NCBI RefSeq assembly: GCF_001194135.2
Contig: NC_068988.1
Span: 52,043,679-52,107,678, forward strand
Reading direction: 5' to 3'
Length of the DNA stretch: 64,000 nt
DNA from: Octopus bimaculoides
Lineage: Eukaryota
The position numbers were made by a program, and so were the translations under genes. Within the stretch, counting starts at the first letter, position 1, and every line of letters starts with the position of its first letter. The notes beneath the pieces are model-generated. The model was not told where the DNA came from, did no database searches, and was given only the letters and a program-made list of their open reading frames with translations. Shown here one piece after another: positions 25,807 to 38,100 of this stretch.

Positions 25807-27419
25807 ATATACTGTAACTAACTTGGGGCAGAATAGGGATTGCTCCTCCTATGTATCATGTTGCACAGTAGAACTGAACCCAAGACCACATGACTGGGAA
25901 ACAAGCTTCTCAACCACACGGCAACACATGTGCAAACATATATACCATAACTAACTTGGGGCAGAATAAGGGCTGGTCCTCTTATGTATCATATTCCAAG
26001 TGACCATGACAGATGATAAACTGTTGTTGCCAAATTAGGATGTTTTACTGTTATAAAAACATACACCTTCATAAATATCACATTTATAAACCAATGAGGA
26101 TGCCTCCATGTAGTCACTCAATCAACTAGAGATAACAGCTAAATTTTCCTTCAAATCACACATTATTGACTGAGACAAGAATGACACATGTAGGATAATG
26201 TGGTTTTGGATGCATTATGTATGAAAATAAAACTGGATGGTCATGGATGGGATTCTTCGATCATAAGTCTGCCTCATCAGAGCTGACCAAGAAATAAACA
26301 ACATCACATTTACTTTTTGGATAATTCATGAGTCACTAAGCCCTCAGTGGATAGACTGATAATATTCTATTACTGTCCAAATTAGCAAAGTATCATCCTT
26401 TCATTTGATATTTATAACAAGAAATAACTTCAAGAATATAAATATAGATTAACAGCTTTTTTTCTTTTTTCCTATAAATATGAGCATGACTTGAGACAGG
26501 TATGTAGTTGTATATTTATACATTCATATGTATAGTGTCTCTTTCTCTTCTTAGCACTCTCTCTCTATTCCACTCTTTGTCTCTCTTTTTTTTCTTTTTT
26601 CTTTTTAAACCTTTCTTTGTCTAACTTCCTTCCATTGCTTGTCTGTCTTGCCTCCATGCAGACCAGTTCACTCCTCGAACAAAAATCAATACTAATGAAA
26701 AAATAAAAACTAAAAAACAAAAACACACTCTTGCTCTTGGAGGCAAACATTTTGGCGGCTACAAATATGCTTTCACACGTTAATATTACACAAACCTTCC
26801 TAGCTGACAATACACATACATATTCAAAACATACAACTGCACATTCAAAAATTTATACACACATATCTTCAAACCCACACATATGTATATGTACACACAC
26901 ACACACACACACATTCAATTATTTGAAGCTTCAATCTGTTACTAATAAATAAACTATATAAACTATACAATTATTGAGTATTCTCTCATTTATACATATG
27001 AACATACACGTACACGCATATACGCATGTAGATAGAAGCACACATGCACACATTCACAAACACATATATATATGCATGACAACGCCTATACTATTATAAG
27101 TGTACACACTTACGTTTATAGATGCTCACGACTTCTCAGGCATACACTGATGTCATCACATACATGTCACTGTAACCACATACACATACTTACACACATA
27201 CACATATATATACATATATAACATACACATGCATATACTTAAGTATGCATATAGGTACATGAACCATATGTACATACACTCACACACACACATACATGTA
27301 TATAAATAACCATATGTACAAGCATTGTATAAAAATCTGTAGTTACATCTCTTTTCTTTATGTAAAATTTACAGTATGGGTTAAAGTAGTACACAGCTTG
27401 TAATGACACACACTGAGCA

Positions 27420-27935
27420 ACAGCAGCTGTAATCGTCGTGGTGTTGGTGGTAGTGTTGATGATGGTGGTGATGGTGGTGGTGGTGATGGAGTTAGGAAAG
27501 AATGGATACTGAAGTTGACGGGAGTGGATGTAGTAAAATTAGTAACAACTATGATTACATAAGTAGTAGTAGTAGTAGTAGTTGTGGTGATGGTGGTGGT
27601 TGATTTAGTAGACGTAACAGAGGTAGTGTAACTCTGATGGTGGTAGTGCTGGTAAAAGTAGGATAAGTGCTAGTAGTTGCAGTGGTGGTGTTGAAAACAG
27701 TATAGTAGTTGCAACTAATAACAGTTGTGGTAGAAGTACTGTCAATGTTGATGGTGGTGGTGGTGGTGATGGTAGTGGTGAGGTTGTTAACAACAGTGGT
27801 TGGAAGGAGGGGTTGGACGTATTGGTATCATTGATACAATTGGCTGTATCAGAGAAGCTCACTGACAATGGTAAATAGTAGTAGTAATATTAGTAGGAAC
27901 AGTAACAGTAGTAGTGGTGGTAGTAGCAAGAGTAA

Positions 27936-27980
<45 letters not shown>

Positions 27981-28140
27981 CAGTAGTAGTAACAGGNNNN
28001 NNNNNNNNNNNNNNNNNNNNNACGTATTGGTATCATTGATACAATTGGCTGTATCAGAGAAGCTCACTGACAATGGTAAATAGTAGTAGTAATATTAGTA
28101 GGAACAGTAACAGTAGTAGTGGTGGTAGTAGCAAGAGTAA

Positions 28141-28185
<45 letters not shown>

Positions 28186-28200
28186 CAGTAGTAGTAACAG
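27420..28200. repeat. (GTA)n/(GGT)n low-complexity region downstream of the NIPP1 stop
   Basis: Direct reading; gives poly-S, poly-L and poly-V pseudo-ORFs. Confidence 0.85.
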
Positions 28201-28551
28201 GTGCAGCAGTTACAGAGTGGTTCAGGGAACAGTTCCAAGTGAGCTATTTCATTCTCTATCTCTCTCACTCACACAAACACTTATTGCCTAGCACACACAC
28301 ACACACACACACACAGAGTTCTGTTTGTGGAGCAGTAGGAGCTGGTGCAGTTACTGCAGGAATATTACAAGGAATAGCACTCCACAACAACAACAACAAC
28401 AACATAGCTCACAGTGCCAAAATAGCAGTAGCCTGTCAGTTTGTCTGTCTGTCTGTCTTGTCCATAAGACCAACACAGACTTACACACGGAACAAAAACA
28501 GACACATATATTTTACAGGCCATACGTACATACATGCACACACTATAGTCT

Positions 28552-28899
28552 CTACACAAGCAATGTTGGCAACGGCTTTTTGCCAGGCCATGCTTCCTTT
28601 GCATATTTCTTCTTCTTTGGTTCCTTGGCTGCCTCTTCGGGATTGATAACAACTGGGTTTGCTTTCACTACTGGCACCACTGTTTCTTCTTCTTCAAGAC
28701 TTGGTGCCAAGTTCGGAATTGGTAGGCCAAGTTTGGCTGCTATGCTGTAGGAACTTCCCATGCCGCTTTGGCCATCGCTGGTGCCACCTGGAGGAAGGTC
28801 ACCATACAAACTGGGAGCATTGAATGGAAAATTAGCTGAGCGTTTTACCGGTTCCACTCCCATATTTGAAGAACCTGTGCTGGATTCAACTTTGTTTCG
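28552..28899 (-). CDS. PPP1R8: NIPP1 last coding exon (RNKVES...EPKKKKYAKEAWPGKKPLPTLLV*)
   Basis: ttttcag| acceptor; TAG stop at 28554-28552; conserved C-terminal RNA-binding/PP1-inhibitory tail. Confidence 0.96.
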   Translation of the reverse strand, partial: RNKVESSTGSSNMGVEPVKRSANFPFNAPSLYGDLPPGGTSDGQSGMGSSYSIAAKLGLPIPNLAPSLEEEETVVPVVKANPVVINPEEAAKEPKKKKYAKEAWPGKKPLPTLLV

Positions 28900-31800
28900 C
28901 TGAAAATATATTTATTGAAACTTAAATAAAAATAAAATAAAATATGGTTAAATAACAATTTCGACACTGACAACAGTACTGCCACAAAACTGACCTCAGT
29001 ACATGACAGGTACTTATTTGATCAACACAGAAAGATGAAAGGTAAAGTTATCCCCAACTGGATTTGAACTCAGAATGTAAAAGGATGTAACAAAATACTG
29101 CAAAGTATTTATTCTGACACACGACCCCCAACTCATTGAAAAAACCATTATCAAAACTTATTTTGATTTTCATTGTGTTTATCAATCTATCTTCTTCACC
29201 TACCATTCCTAGGGTCGTGATGGCAGAGTCCTCCATAGGGTCCAATCAGAAACAACTCTCATTAGACTTTCTGGCAAGATTCCCAAGCGCGATCAATTGA
29301 AACTTTGAACATTATCTAACCATCTCCTTCTTAGTCTACCCTTAGGTCTTCTCCTGCCAGTTGGCTTGGCTTGAAAAACCCACTTTGTGATTTTTTTTTC
29401 CTGCAACATTCTAATCACATGTCTTTTGTACTGATATTTAGCCATTGCAAAATAGGGTCAGAGTGTTAGCCACTTGAAGGATTTTGTTTCTGCAAGGATT
29501 TGATTGATGGAACAGTTATCAATTATTCAGTACCTCTTTATGGTACTTACCATGGTGTTGATAGTACTAGTGACATATTCAGCAAGTACACAGGCAATAT
29601 AATCACTTAAACACTAGTGACTCCTGTTAGCACCTAATGTTTGTAAAAGTAAGTCTTCACTAAAGATTTGTAATCCTAGCTTTAACAGCCACTTATTTTG
29701 TGCTGCAATAAATAAAACAATTCTGAAGATATAAAGGTGTTTAGGAACTTGTAGAAGGGATAATGAAATAAGAAGTTGAGGCACAAGAGTGGCTGTGTGG
29801 TAAGTAGCTTGCTTACCAACCACATGGTTCTAGGTTCAGTCCCACTGCGTGGCACCTTGGGCAAGTGCCTTTTACTATAGCCTTGGACAGACCAAAGCCT
29901 TATGAGTGGATTTGGTAGACGGAAATGAAAGAAGCCCGTCATATATATGTGTATATATATATATATNNNNNNNNNNNNNNNNNNNNNNNNNNNNNNNNNN
30001 NNNNNNNNNNNNNNNNNNNNNNNNNNNNNNNNNNNNNNNNNNNNNNNNNNNNNNNNNNNNNNNNNNNNNNNNNNNNNNNNNNNNNNNNNNNNNNNNNNNN
30101 ATATATGTATGGGTGTGTATATGTTTGTGTGTCTGTGTTTGTCCCCCCAACATAGCTTGACAACCGATGTTGGTGTGTTTATGTCCACATAACTTAGTGG
30201 TTCGGCAAAAGAGTCCGATAGAATAAGTACTAGGCTTACAAAGAATAAGTCCTAGGGTCGATTTGCTCGACTGAAGGCGGTGCTCCAGCATGGCCGCAGT
30301 CAAATGACTGAAACAAGTAAAAGAGAGTAAAGAGTAAAAGACTATGTTGATGCTTTTCCACACAGCTTCTACTGATTCATTTCTAACTCTCTCCCTCCTA
30401 AATGTGAGTAGCCATGTAGCTCCCCTAAAACAAGAACCTTCTCTGCCCCACTCCCTTTTTTTTATACCTTAACCCTCATCTGCTAGCATAAAGCCCCTTC
30501 CCACAGATTTCATAGGCTTCCAAGCTGCATGGTGACATTACTAGTGCTGGTGTTATGAGAAAAGCACCCAGTACAAACTGTCAAATGGTTGGTGTTAGGA
30601 AGAGCATCCAGCCATAAAAACCATGCCAAAGTAGACACTGGAACGTGATGTGGTCCTTGCACCCATCAGAATCTGTTGAACTGCCCAACCCATACCAGCA
30701 TGGAACATGAATGCTAAATGATAATAATGATGATGATGATGACAATCAAACATAATAGTTGCCACTAGGAGTCAAAAGCAGGTAACAGATTTAATTGTCA
30801 ATTTCTTATATGCTCAACAATATTCAGTGTATAGACATATCATTTAATTAAAAGGCCAAACAATAACTTTAAAAAAATAAATAAATAAATAAAAATTGAA
30901 CAAAAATGTGGAGTGACAATGAGATAAAGTTACATTCTACCACCATATAAAAGGTCAGTCAAATTTAGTGGCAAAACAGGTGACATTTACAGCTAATTTA
31001 AAACCCTCATGCTAGGCCTTCTGATCTCTCATGGCAACCACTCTACATAACATTGTCAAAATCACATCACATAGTCTAGGATTCCTCTTTAACCCTTTAG
31101 CATTCAGATTATTCTGTCAAATGTAATGCTTATTCATTTACATTGTTTTGGATTAATCATGCTTTATTATGTCACTTCAAGACTTTGTTGTTTATTTTTA
31201 GAATAATACTGTAGGGTAGATGTGAGAGGCCAGATCAGGCCACTTTGAACATAAAACATGTAGAATTATTTGGTCAGATAAATAAAAATAAATGCGCCCT
31301 TTTAAAGCCTAGCCAGGCTTATGGGCCCGGTTTCCCAGTTTCAATGGCGTATGTGTTCCCCAGTTGGACGGGATGCCACTTCATCGCAGTGTTACTCATT
31401 TCTGCCAGCTGAGTGGACTGGAGCAATGTGAAATGAACTGTTTTGCTCAAGAACACAACGCGTTGCCCGGTCCAGGAATTGAAACCACAATCTTACGATC
31501 ATGGTGCTGACACCCTAACCACTAGGCCACACACCTCCACATTTGGTCAGGTATGGCTGGTTTAAATGTTAAAGGGTTAAAACTCAAAAATATTCTAACC
31601 CATATCAATTACTGCATATCTGCAAAGTTTAAGTAAAATCCATACAATGGAGTATTACACACATATGAGACAATGCTGCTACCCCCAAATATCCTAGAGC
31701 TAGACTTCATCTAGATGATCGTCCAGCTGACTGGCACAAAACCAATCACCAATATACTTCAACTAATAACCCAAGGTACACTTTGTAATTTTGAATATTT

Positions 31801-32056
31801 TAACATATAGGCGCAGGAGTGGCTGTGTGGTAAGTAGCTTGCTTACCAACCACATGGTTCTGGGTTCAGTCCCACTGCATGGCATCATGGGCAAGTGTCT
31901 TCTAATATAGTCTCGGGTCGACCAAAGCCTTGTGAGTGGATTTGGTAGACGGAAACTGAAAGAAGCCCGTCGTATATATATATATATATATATATATATA
32001 TNNNNNNNNNNNNNNNNNNNNNNNNNNNNNNNNNNNNNNNNNNNNNNNNNNNNNCG

Positions 32057-32127
<71 letters not shown>

Positions 32128-35100
32128 TTGTGTGTCTGTGTTTGTCCCCCCAACATCGCTTGACAACCGATGCTGGTGTGTTTACGTCCCCGTAACTTAG
32201 CGGTTCGGCAAAAGAGACTGATAGAATAAGTACTAGGCTTCCAAAGAATAAGTCCTGGGGTCGATTTGCTCAGCTAAAGGCGGTGCTCCAGCATAGCCGC
32301 AGTCAAATAACTGAAACAAGTAAAAGAGTATACAAAACTGACCTCACCTATGCCAGTGCCACATAAAAAGCATTCAGACGCTGAAGCCTGGGGTAGTCTT
32401 CTACCTGGCCAGCTCCTATCAACCGTCCTACCCATGCATGCATGGTAGATGGATATTAAACAATGACGATGATGAAAGCTAATCAGCAGAACAAGACTAA
32501 TAGGAGATTTAAACAACCAAAAGAAATGTGAATAGTCAAGTACTAACCTTGCTAGGAATAATAGTTGTCTGCACAAGATTCCGGAATTTACCAATACTTG
32601 GGTCAATATCCTCTACAAAAGAGAAAATAAAAAAATATATATATTTTCAAATAAGGGAGAGTGGGGACACAAAACTCCCTTGTTTGAAAATATAAGGATG
32701 TAGATTGTGTGTTGATAGCCAGCTGGAGACAATGTTTCTTGGGGCTAAAGAGAGTAACATTCATCCTAACTAGAACTGCCACATTATGTTGGCAAATAAT
32801 CTTTACTCTAGAATACTGTTACTGAATGTTTCTCGTTCAGAGATTTAGAAATAATAATTTATATATATCTATATATCTATATATAGATATANNNNNNNNN
32901 NNNNNNNNNNNNNNNNNNNNNNNNNNNNNNNNNNNNNNNNNNNNNNNNNNNNNNNNNNNNNNNNNNNNNNNNNNNNNNNNNNNNNNNNNNNNNNNNNNNN
33001 NNNNNNNNNNNNNNNNNNNNNNATATATATATATATATAGGAAAATGAAAAATAATAATAAGGCAGAATGCTAAACTGGAAGCATATTTTAATAAAGATT
33101 TCTAACCGGCTTTCATTGCATAGCAAATTTTCAAGAAGAGGGAGAATGAAAATGTTTTTTTACAAAGAAGTACAAAATGAAGAAAATAATATATAAAAAA
33201 ATAAATATACCAATACATTATATTGTCTTTGAGCTTTTGAAGTTCAATGGTAATTCATGTATATAATGGTTGGACAAATAAGGATGCATGAGAATTGAGA
33301 GTTGTGTTAGGTTTTAAAAAAAGGCTAAAAGTTTGTGTTAAGCAGGAAGTGTGGTGTCAAAACAGGAAGTGTGTGTAAGGGGAGACAAATGTTTTTAGTT
33401 GGAGTTATGTTCAGAGTTCAAATTCTGCTGAGGTTGATTTTGCCTTTCATCCTTTCAGGGTTGATAAAATAAGTTCCAGTTGAATACTGGGGTTGATGTG
33501 ATTGACTATTCTACTCCCACAAAATTTCAAGTTTTGTGCCTACAGTAGGAAAAATTATCAATACCATTATTAATATTTTTTTTGTCATTAATCATGATTA
33601 TTTTTTGGCATTATTAATATGTAAGAAACTTTGGTTAAATTGAGTGAGCTGGTGTGAAAAGGGCTAATGGTAGAGAGGATTATATTGTACTTGAATGGCA
33701 CTAGTTTTACCAAAGTAGAAGGATGAAAAGTAAAGTTAACAGGATTTAAACCCAGTAATTGCTTTCCATCTTTTGGTGAGGCATGTAGCCTGGTGGTCAG
33801 GGTGTTGCACTCATGATTGCCAAATAATGGATTCAATTCCCAGACCTGGCAGTGCATTGTTTCTGGAACAAAACACATCATTGTATGTTGCTCTAGTGCA
33901 GTGTGGGGTCTGGCATGTCAAAGAATAGACCTAACAGTTCTTTTGCGTGTCATAAAAGGTGACAAAAGTAGGTTGAGGTAGAATTTGCATTCTCACCTCG
34001 TTAAACCCTCATCAGCAATAATTATCCAAACAGTCTCATGGGATGGAGGGTTGTCACTTGAGTGGTGCAAAGGTGTCATCTGTCAGGAGTAGGGAATCAC
34101 CAACAAATGATGGATACAGTGGTGTGCTATTACAGCGAATGCCTCCACCTGCAACTATTACTTTTGGTCAGGCGGGAAAGCAGGGACCATGACAGCCTCT
34201 CAGACTAGCAAGAGGGAGGGAGGCAACCAAATCTGAATGCTTGCAACTGGGGATAAGGCTTAAATACTTGTAACAAAGTGGATGCTGCTAAAGACACCCA
34301 AAGTGCTAGGTGGTGATGTTAAGTAGGTCATGGCAGGATCTGAACTCAGAATACAAAGATTTGAGACAAATATCACATGGAATCCAGTTCAATGTTCTTA
34401 AAGCTCTGCCAATCCACCATCCTGCATTCGTAACTTTTTATTTTATCAACCCCAAAAGGATGGAAAATAAAGCTAACTTCAGTAGGCTTAAAACCTAAGC
34501 GCCCTAAGTGACAGAACAAATACAATGAAGTACTGAAGTGTAAATAAATACTGCAACATATTTCATCTGACACTCTACTCATTCTACCATTTCATTGCCT
34601 CATTGTTTCTCATCCATATTGTTTTTGTCAAACAACATCATCTCTGTCATCTCTGATGATCCGTTTTCTCAGTTTTCTAATGATTTTACACTCACAAAAA
34701 CGTTTTTGCTGTTACTTCTTTAACTTTGGCTCAACTCCATGTACCTCTGATTCTAGAGGGTTTCACCTTCTCAGTTAACTTAATAATGGCTTCAAATTTT
34801 TGACACAAGGCTAGCAATTTTAGGTTAGGGGGCAATCAGCTTGCCCCTAACCTAAAACAATTAGTAGAATGAGGAGAGAGTCTAATAAAATATGTTACAG
34901 TATTTATTCAGGTTCTTTTACATTTAAGTACCACAGGTTAGGAGGCAAGCCGGTTGCATTGACCAGCAGTATTTGAATGGTACTTTATTTTATTGACCTT
35001 GAAAGGATGACAGGCAAAGTGGACCCTGAAGGAATTTGAACTCAGAACGTGAAGAGCTGGAAGAAATGATGCAAAGCATTTTGTCCAGTGTTCTAACAAT

Positions 35101-38100
35101 TCTGTCAGTTCGTAAAAATACCAACATTCATATCTATTCATCACTACAAATAATAGTATGATGAACAAGTAACAATTACAATGATGATGATGATGTGACA
35201 GTAATGATAATAATGATAATGATGACAATTACAATGATGATGATGATGATCATCATCATCATCATCATAGAACTTACCGGGATTGATTATTTCATCTTCA
35301 TCTCTGAATAAAACATGACCACTTTTCCGCTTCCTTTTCAAAGGATTTGGTACTGAGTGGTCAGGTATGTCCACAAGTGATGCTATTCTCCGGTTGTGAG
35401 CTGTGTTGAATTCTGTTAAGTTCTGACGAAATAAGAAAGGAAAAAGAAATAAATAAATACAAGGATCAAAATGCTAATAACAATAGTAACAATTCTATAT
35501 TACATTTCAAAAATAATTTTGGAAAAACAGACAGCAAGCCACCATAGGAGTGTCTCCTTTTTCTACTTGACCTAAGAGAAACAGTAGCCAAATCTCCTTC
35601 AAATCACAACTTACAGTCTAAAATAAAAAAAGAACACATTTAATAATCTTTTCTCTTATACTTGCCCCAATCATTGGATAGCAGTCATACTCGGGCACTA
35701 TTTCGAAGGGTTTCATTGAATAAATTGACTAAACCTTTCAAGAGTTTAGTCCTATTTTTAAACCTGCTACTTATTCTATCACTCTCTTTTGCTGAACTGC
35801 TAGGTTACAAGAATGTAAACACACCAACACCAGTTGTCAAGTGGAGGTGAGGGACAAACACTGACACAGACACACACACACACATATAGACATACACAAC
35901 AGGCTTCTTTCAGTTTCCATCAACCAAATCTACTCACAAGGCTTGGGTCAGCTTGAGGCTATTGTTGAAGACACTAACCCAAGGTGCCATGCAGTGGGAT
36001 TGAGCTTGGAACTATGTATTTGGGAAGCAAACTTCTAACCATACAGCCATTCTTTATTCTTTTACTTGTTTCAGTCATTTGACTGTAGCCATGCTGGAGC
36101 ACCACCTTTAGTCGAGCAAATCGACCCCAGGACTTATTCTTTGTAAGTCTAGTACTTATATTTTAGTGGCTCTTTTGCTGAACTGCTAAGTTATGGGGAC
36201 GTAAACACACCAGCATTGGTTGTCAAGCGATGTTGGGGGGACAAACACAGACAAACAAACATATACACAAACACATATATAAGACGGGCTCCCTTCAGTT
36301 TCTGTCTACCAAATCCACTTATAAGGCTTTGGTTATCCCGAGGCTATAGTAGATGACAATTGCCTAAGGTGCCACGCAGTGGACTGAACCTGGAACCATG
36401 TGGTTGGGAAGCAAGCTACTTACCACACAGCCACTCCTGTGCCTGAGCACAATTTTTAAAAAAATTAACCATGTATTATCTTTTAGCTTTGAGATTTCAA
36501 AGATGTGATTGTTTATATTTAAAATGACATTGCTATGTAGGTGTGAGAGGCCAGATCTGGCAAGTTTGAACACAAAGCATGCAGAAGATTTGAGCTGCAT
36601 ATGGCCAGTTTAAATGCTAAAGGGTTAACATAAACCCAACACAAACCTAGGAATAATGCATTCCATTCATGGCCATTCCAACTTATATACAGACAATGGG
36701 TCCACGACTACATTACCCAATATGTCCTTCACTTTTAGGAGGAACGGTGTGGCTTAAGGAGAATTAGGGTGCTATTTCCAGCAGAGTGACACCATAAAGG
36801 TTACAAGACTAGTTTAACCCTTTAATATTTTAACAGGCCATATCTTGCTCAAATATTCTACCTGAGTTATGTTCAGACTGGCCAGATCTGGCTTCTCACA
36901 CCAAACCTACAACATCATTCTAAAAATTAACAGTTACCTCATTAAAATCTCAAAGCTAAAAGATGATACAAGCTTAATTGAAAACATGTGCATAAATAAG
37001 CATTACTTTTAACAGAATAATGTGAATGTTAAAGGGTTAAGTTAATGAATTGAGTTGTAAACTTACATCGAGTTCTGTTTCTGATTCTGGAAGACCTAAA
37101 AGTCCACCCTCAATGTCATCATTCCTTTTTTCGAGTTCTTCAGGACCACTAAGGTTACTAACAGGCTGTGGACGTTCTCTAATAATGTATATACGAGTTG
37201 AGGCACCAAAGTGGATTTCACTGTCAACAGGAACTTGCTGGGGTTTTTTAGATTCCAACCGTATGTGACCAATAAAAGTACCATGTGCTATGAAATGATA
37301 AGACAACAAATAAAACAACATTGAACAAAACACAAAGCTAATCTCTTTAAGAGACTCTTTACAGCCTCTTGGAGAATAGGGAGAAAAGAAGGGGACTACT
37401 TACTGCTGCCAAGATCCATGATGAAAGGTCTAGAGAGGTGTTTGTGCCACACTAAAGCAGCATGAACACGAGAACAGGAAGCATGGTCAATGCAGAAGTC
37501 ACACAGCTGTTTGTTGCGGCCAAAAAAGTAGCATTTTTTCTCATCAATCATTAATTTCTGAAAAGAAAATCCAAGTTTTATATGTACATATGTGCATACA
37601 TCCTGTGCCGGTGGCATGTAAAAAGCACCATCCAAGTGTAGTCAATGCCAATGTTGCCTGACTGGTAGCACGTAAAAAGCACCCACTACACTCTCAGAGT
37701 AGTTGGCATTAGGAAGGAAGAGCATCCAGCTGTAGAAACCTTACCAGATCAGATTGGAGCCTGGTGCAGCCTCCTGGCTTGCCAGTCCTCAGTCAAACCG
37801 TCCAATCCATGGAAAGCGGACATTAAATGATGATGATATATAAACACGAACACACACACACACACACACACATATCTTTGTAACAATAGTAGATCTCATA
37901 GCACACATAAAACTATTAATAGCAGCATATAAACATTGGGTTGAAAACCCCTTTTGGATAGAAAAGGTTGAACCCAGCCTTCAACTTCTATCCAAAAGGA
38001 TTCTTCAACCCAATATTCTATATGCTATTATTTATAGTTTTATGTGTGTTCTTCAAATATACTGCTTCAAATAATAATTATTTCATGTTCTCTTGAAAAT

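Noticed and set aside
27605-28646. Poly-Ser, poly-Val, poly-Leu and Pro-rich ORFs (also 56593-56871)
   Set aside because: These are trinucleotide low-complexity tracts and lie partly in a probable assembly duplication.
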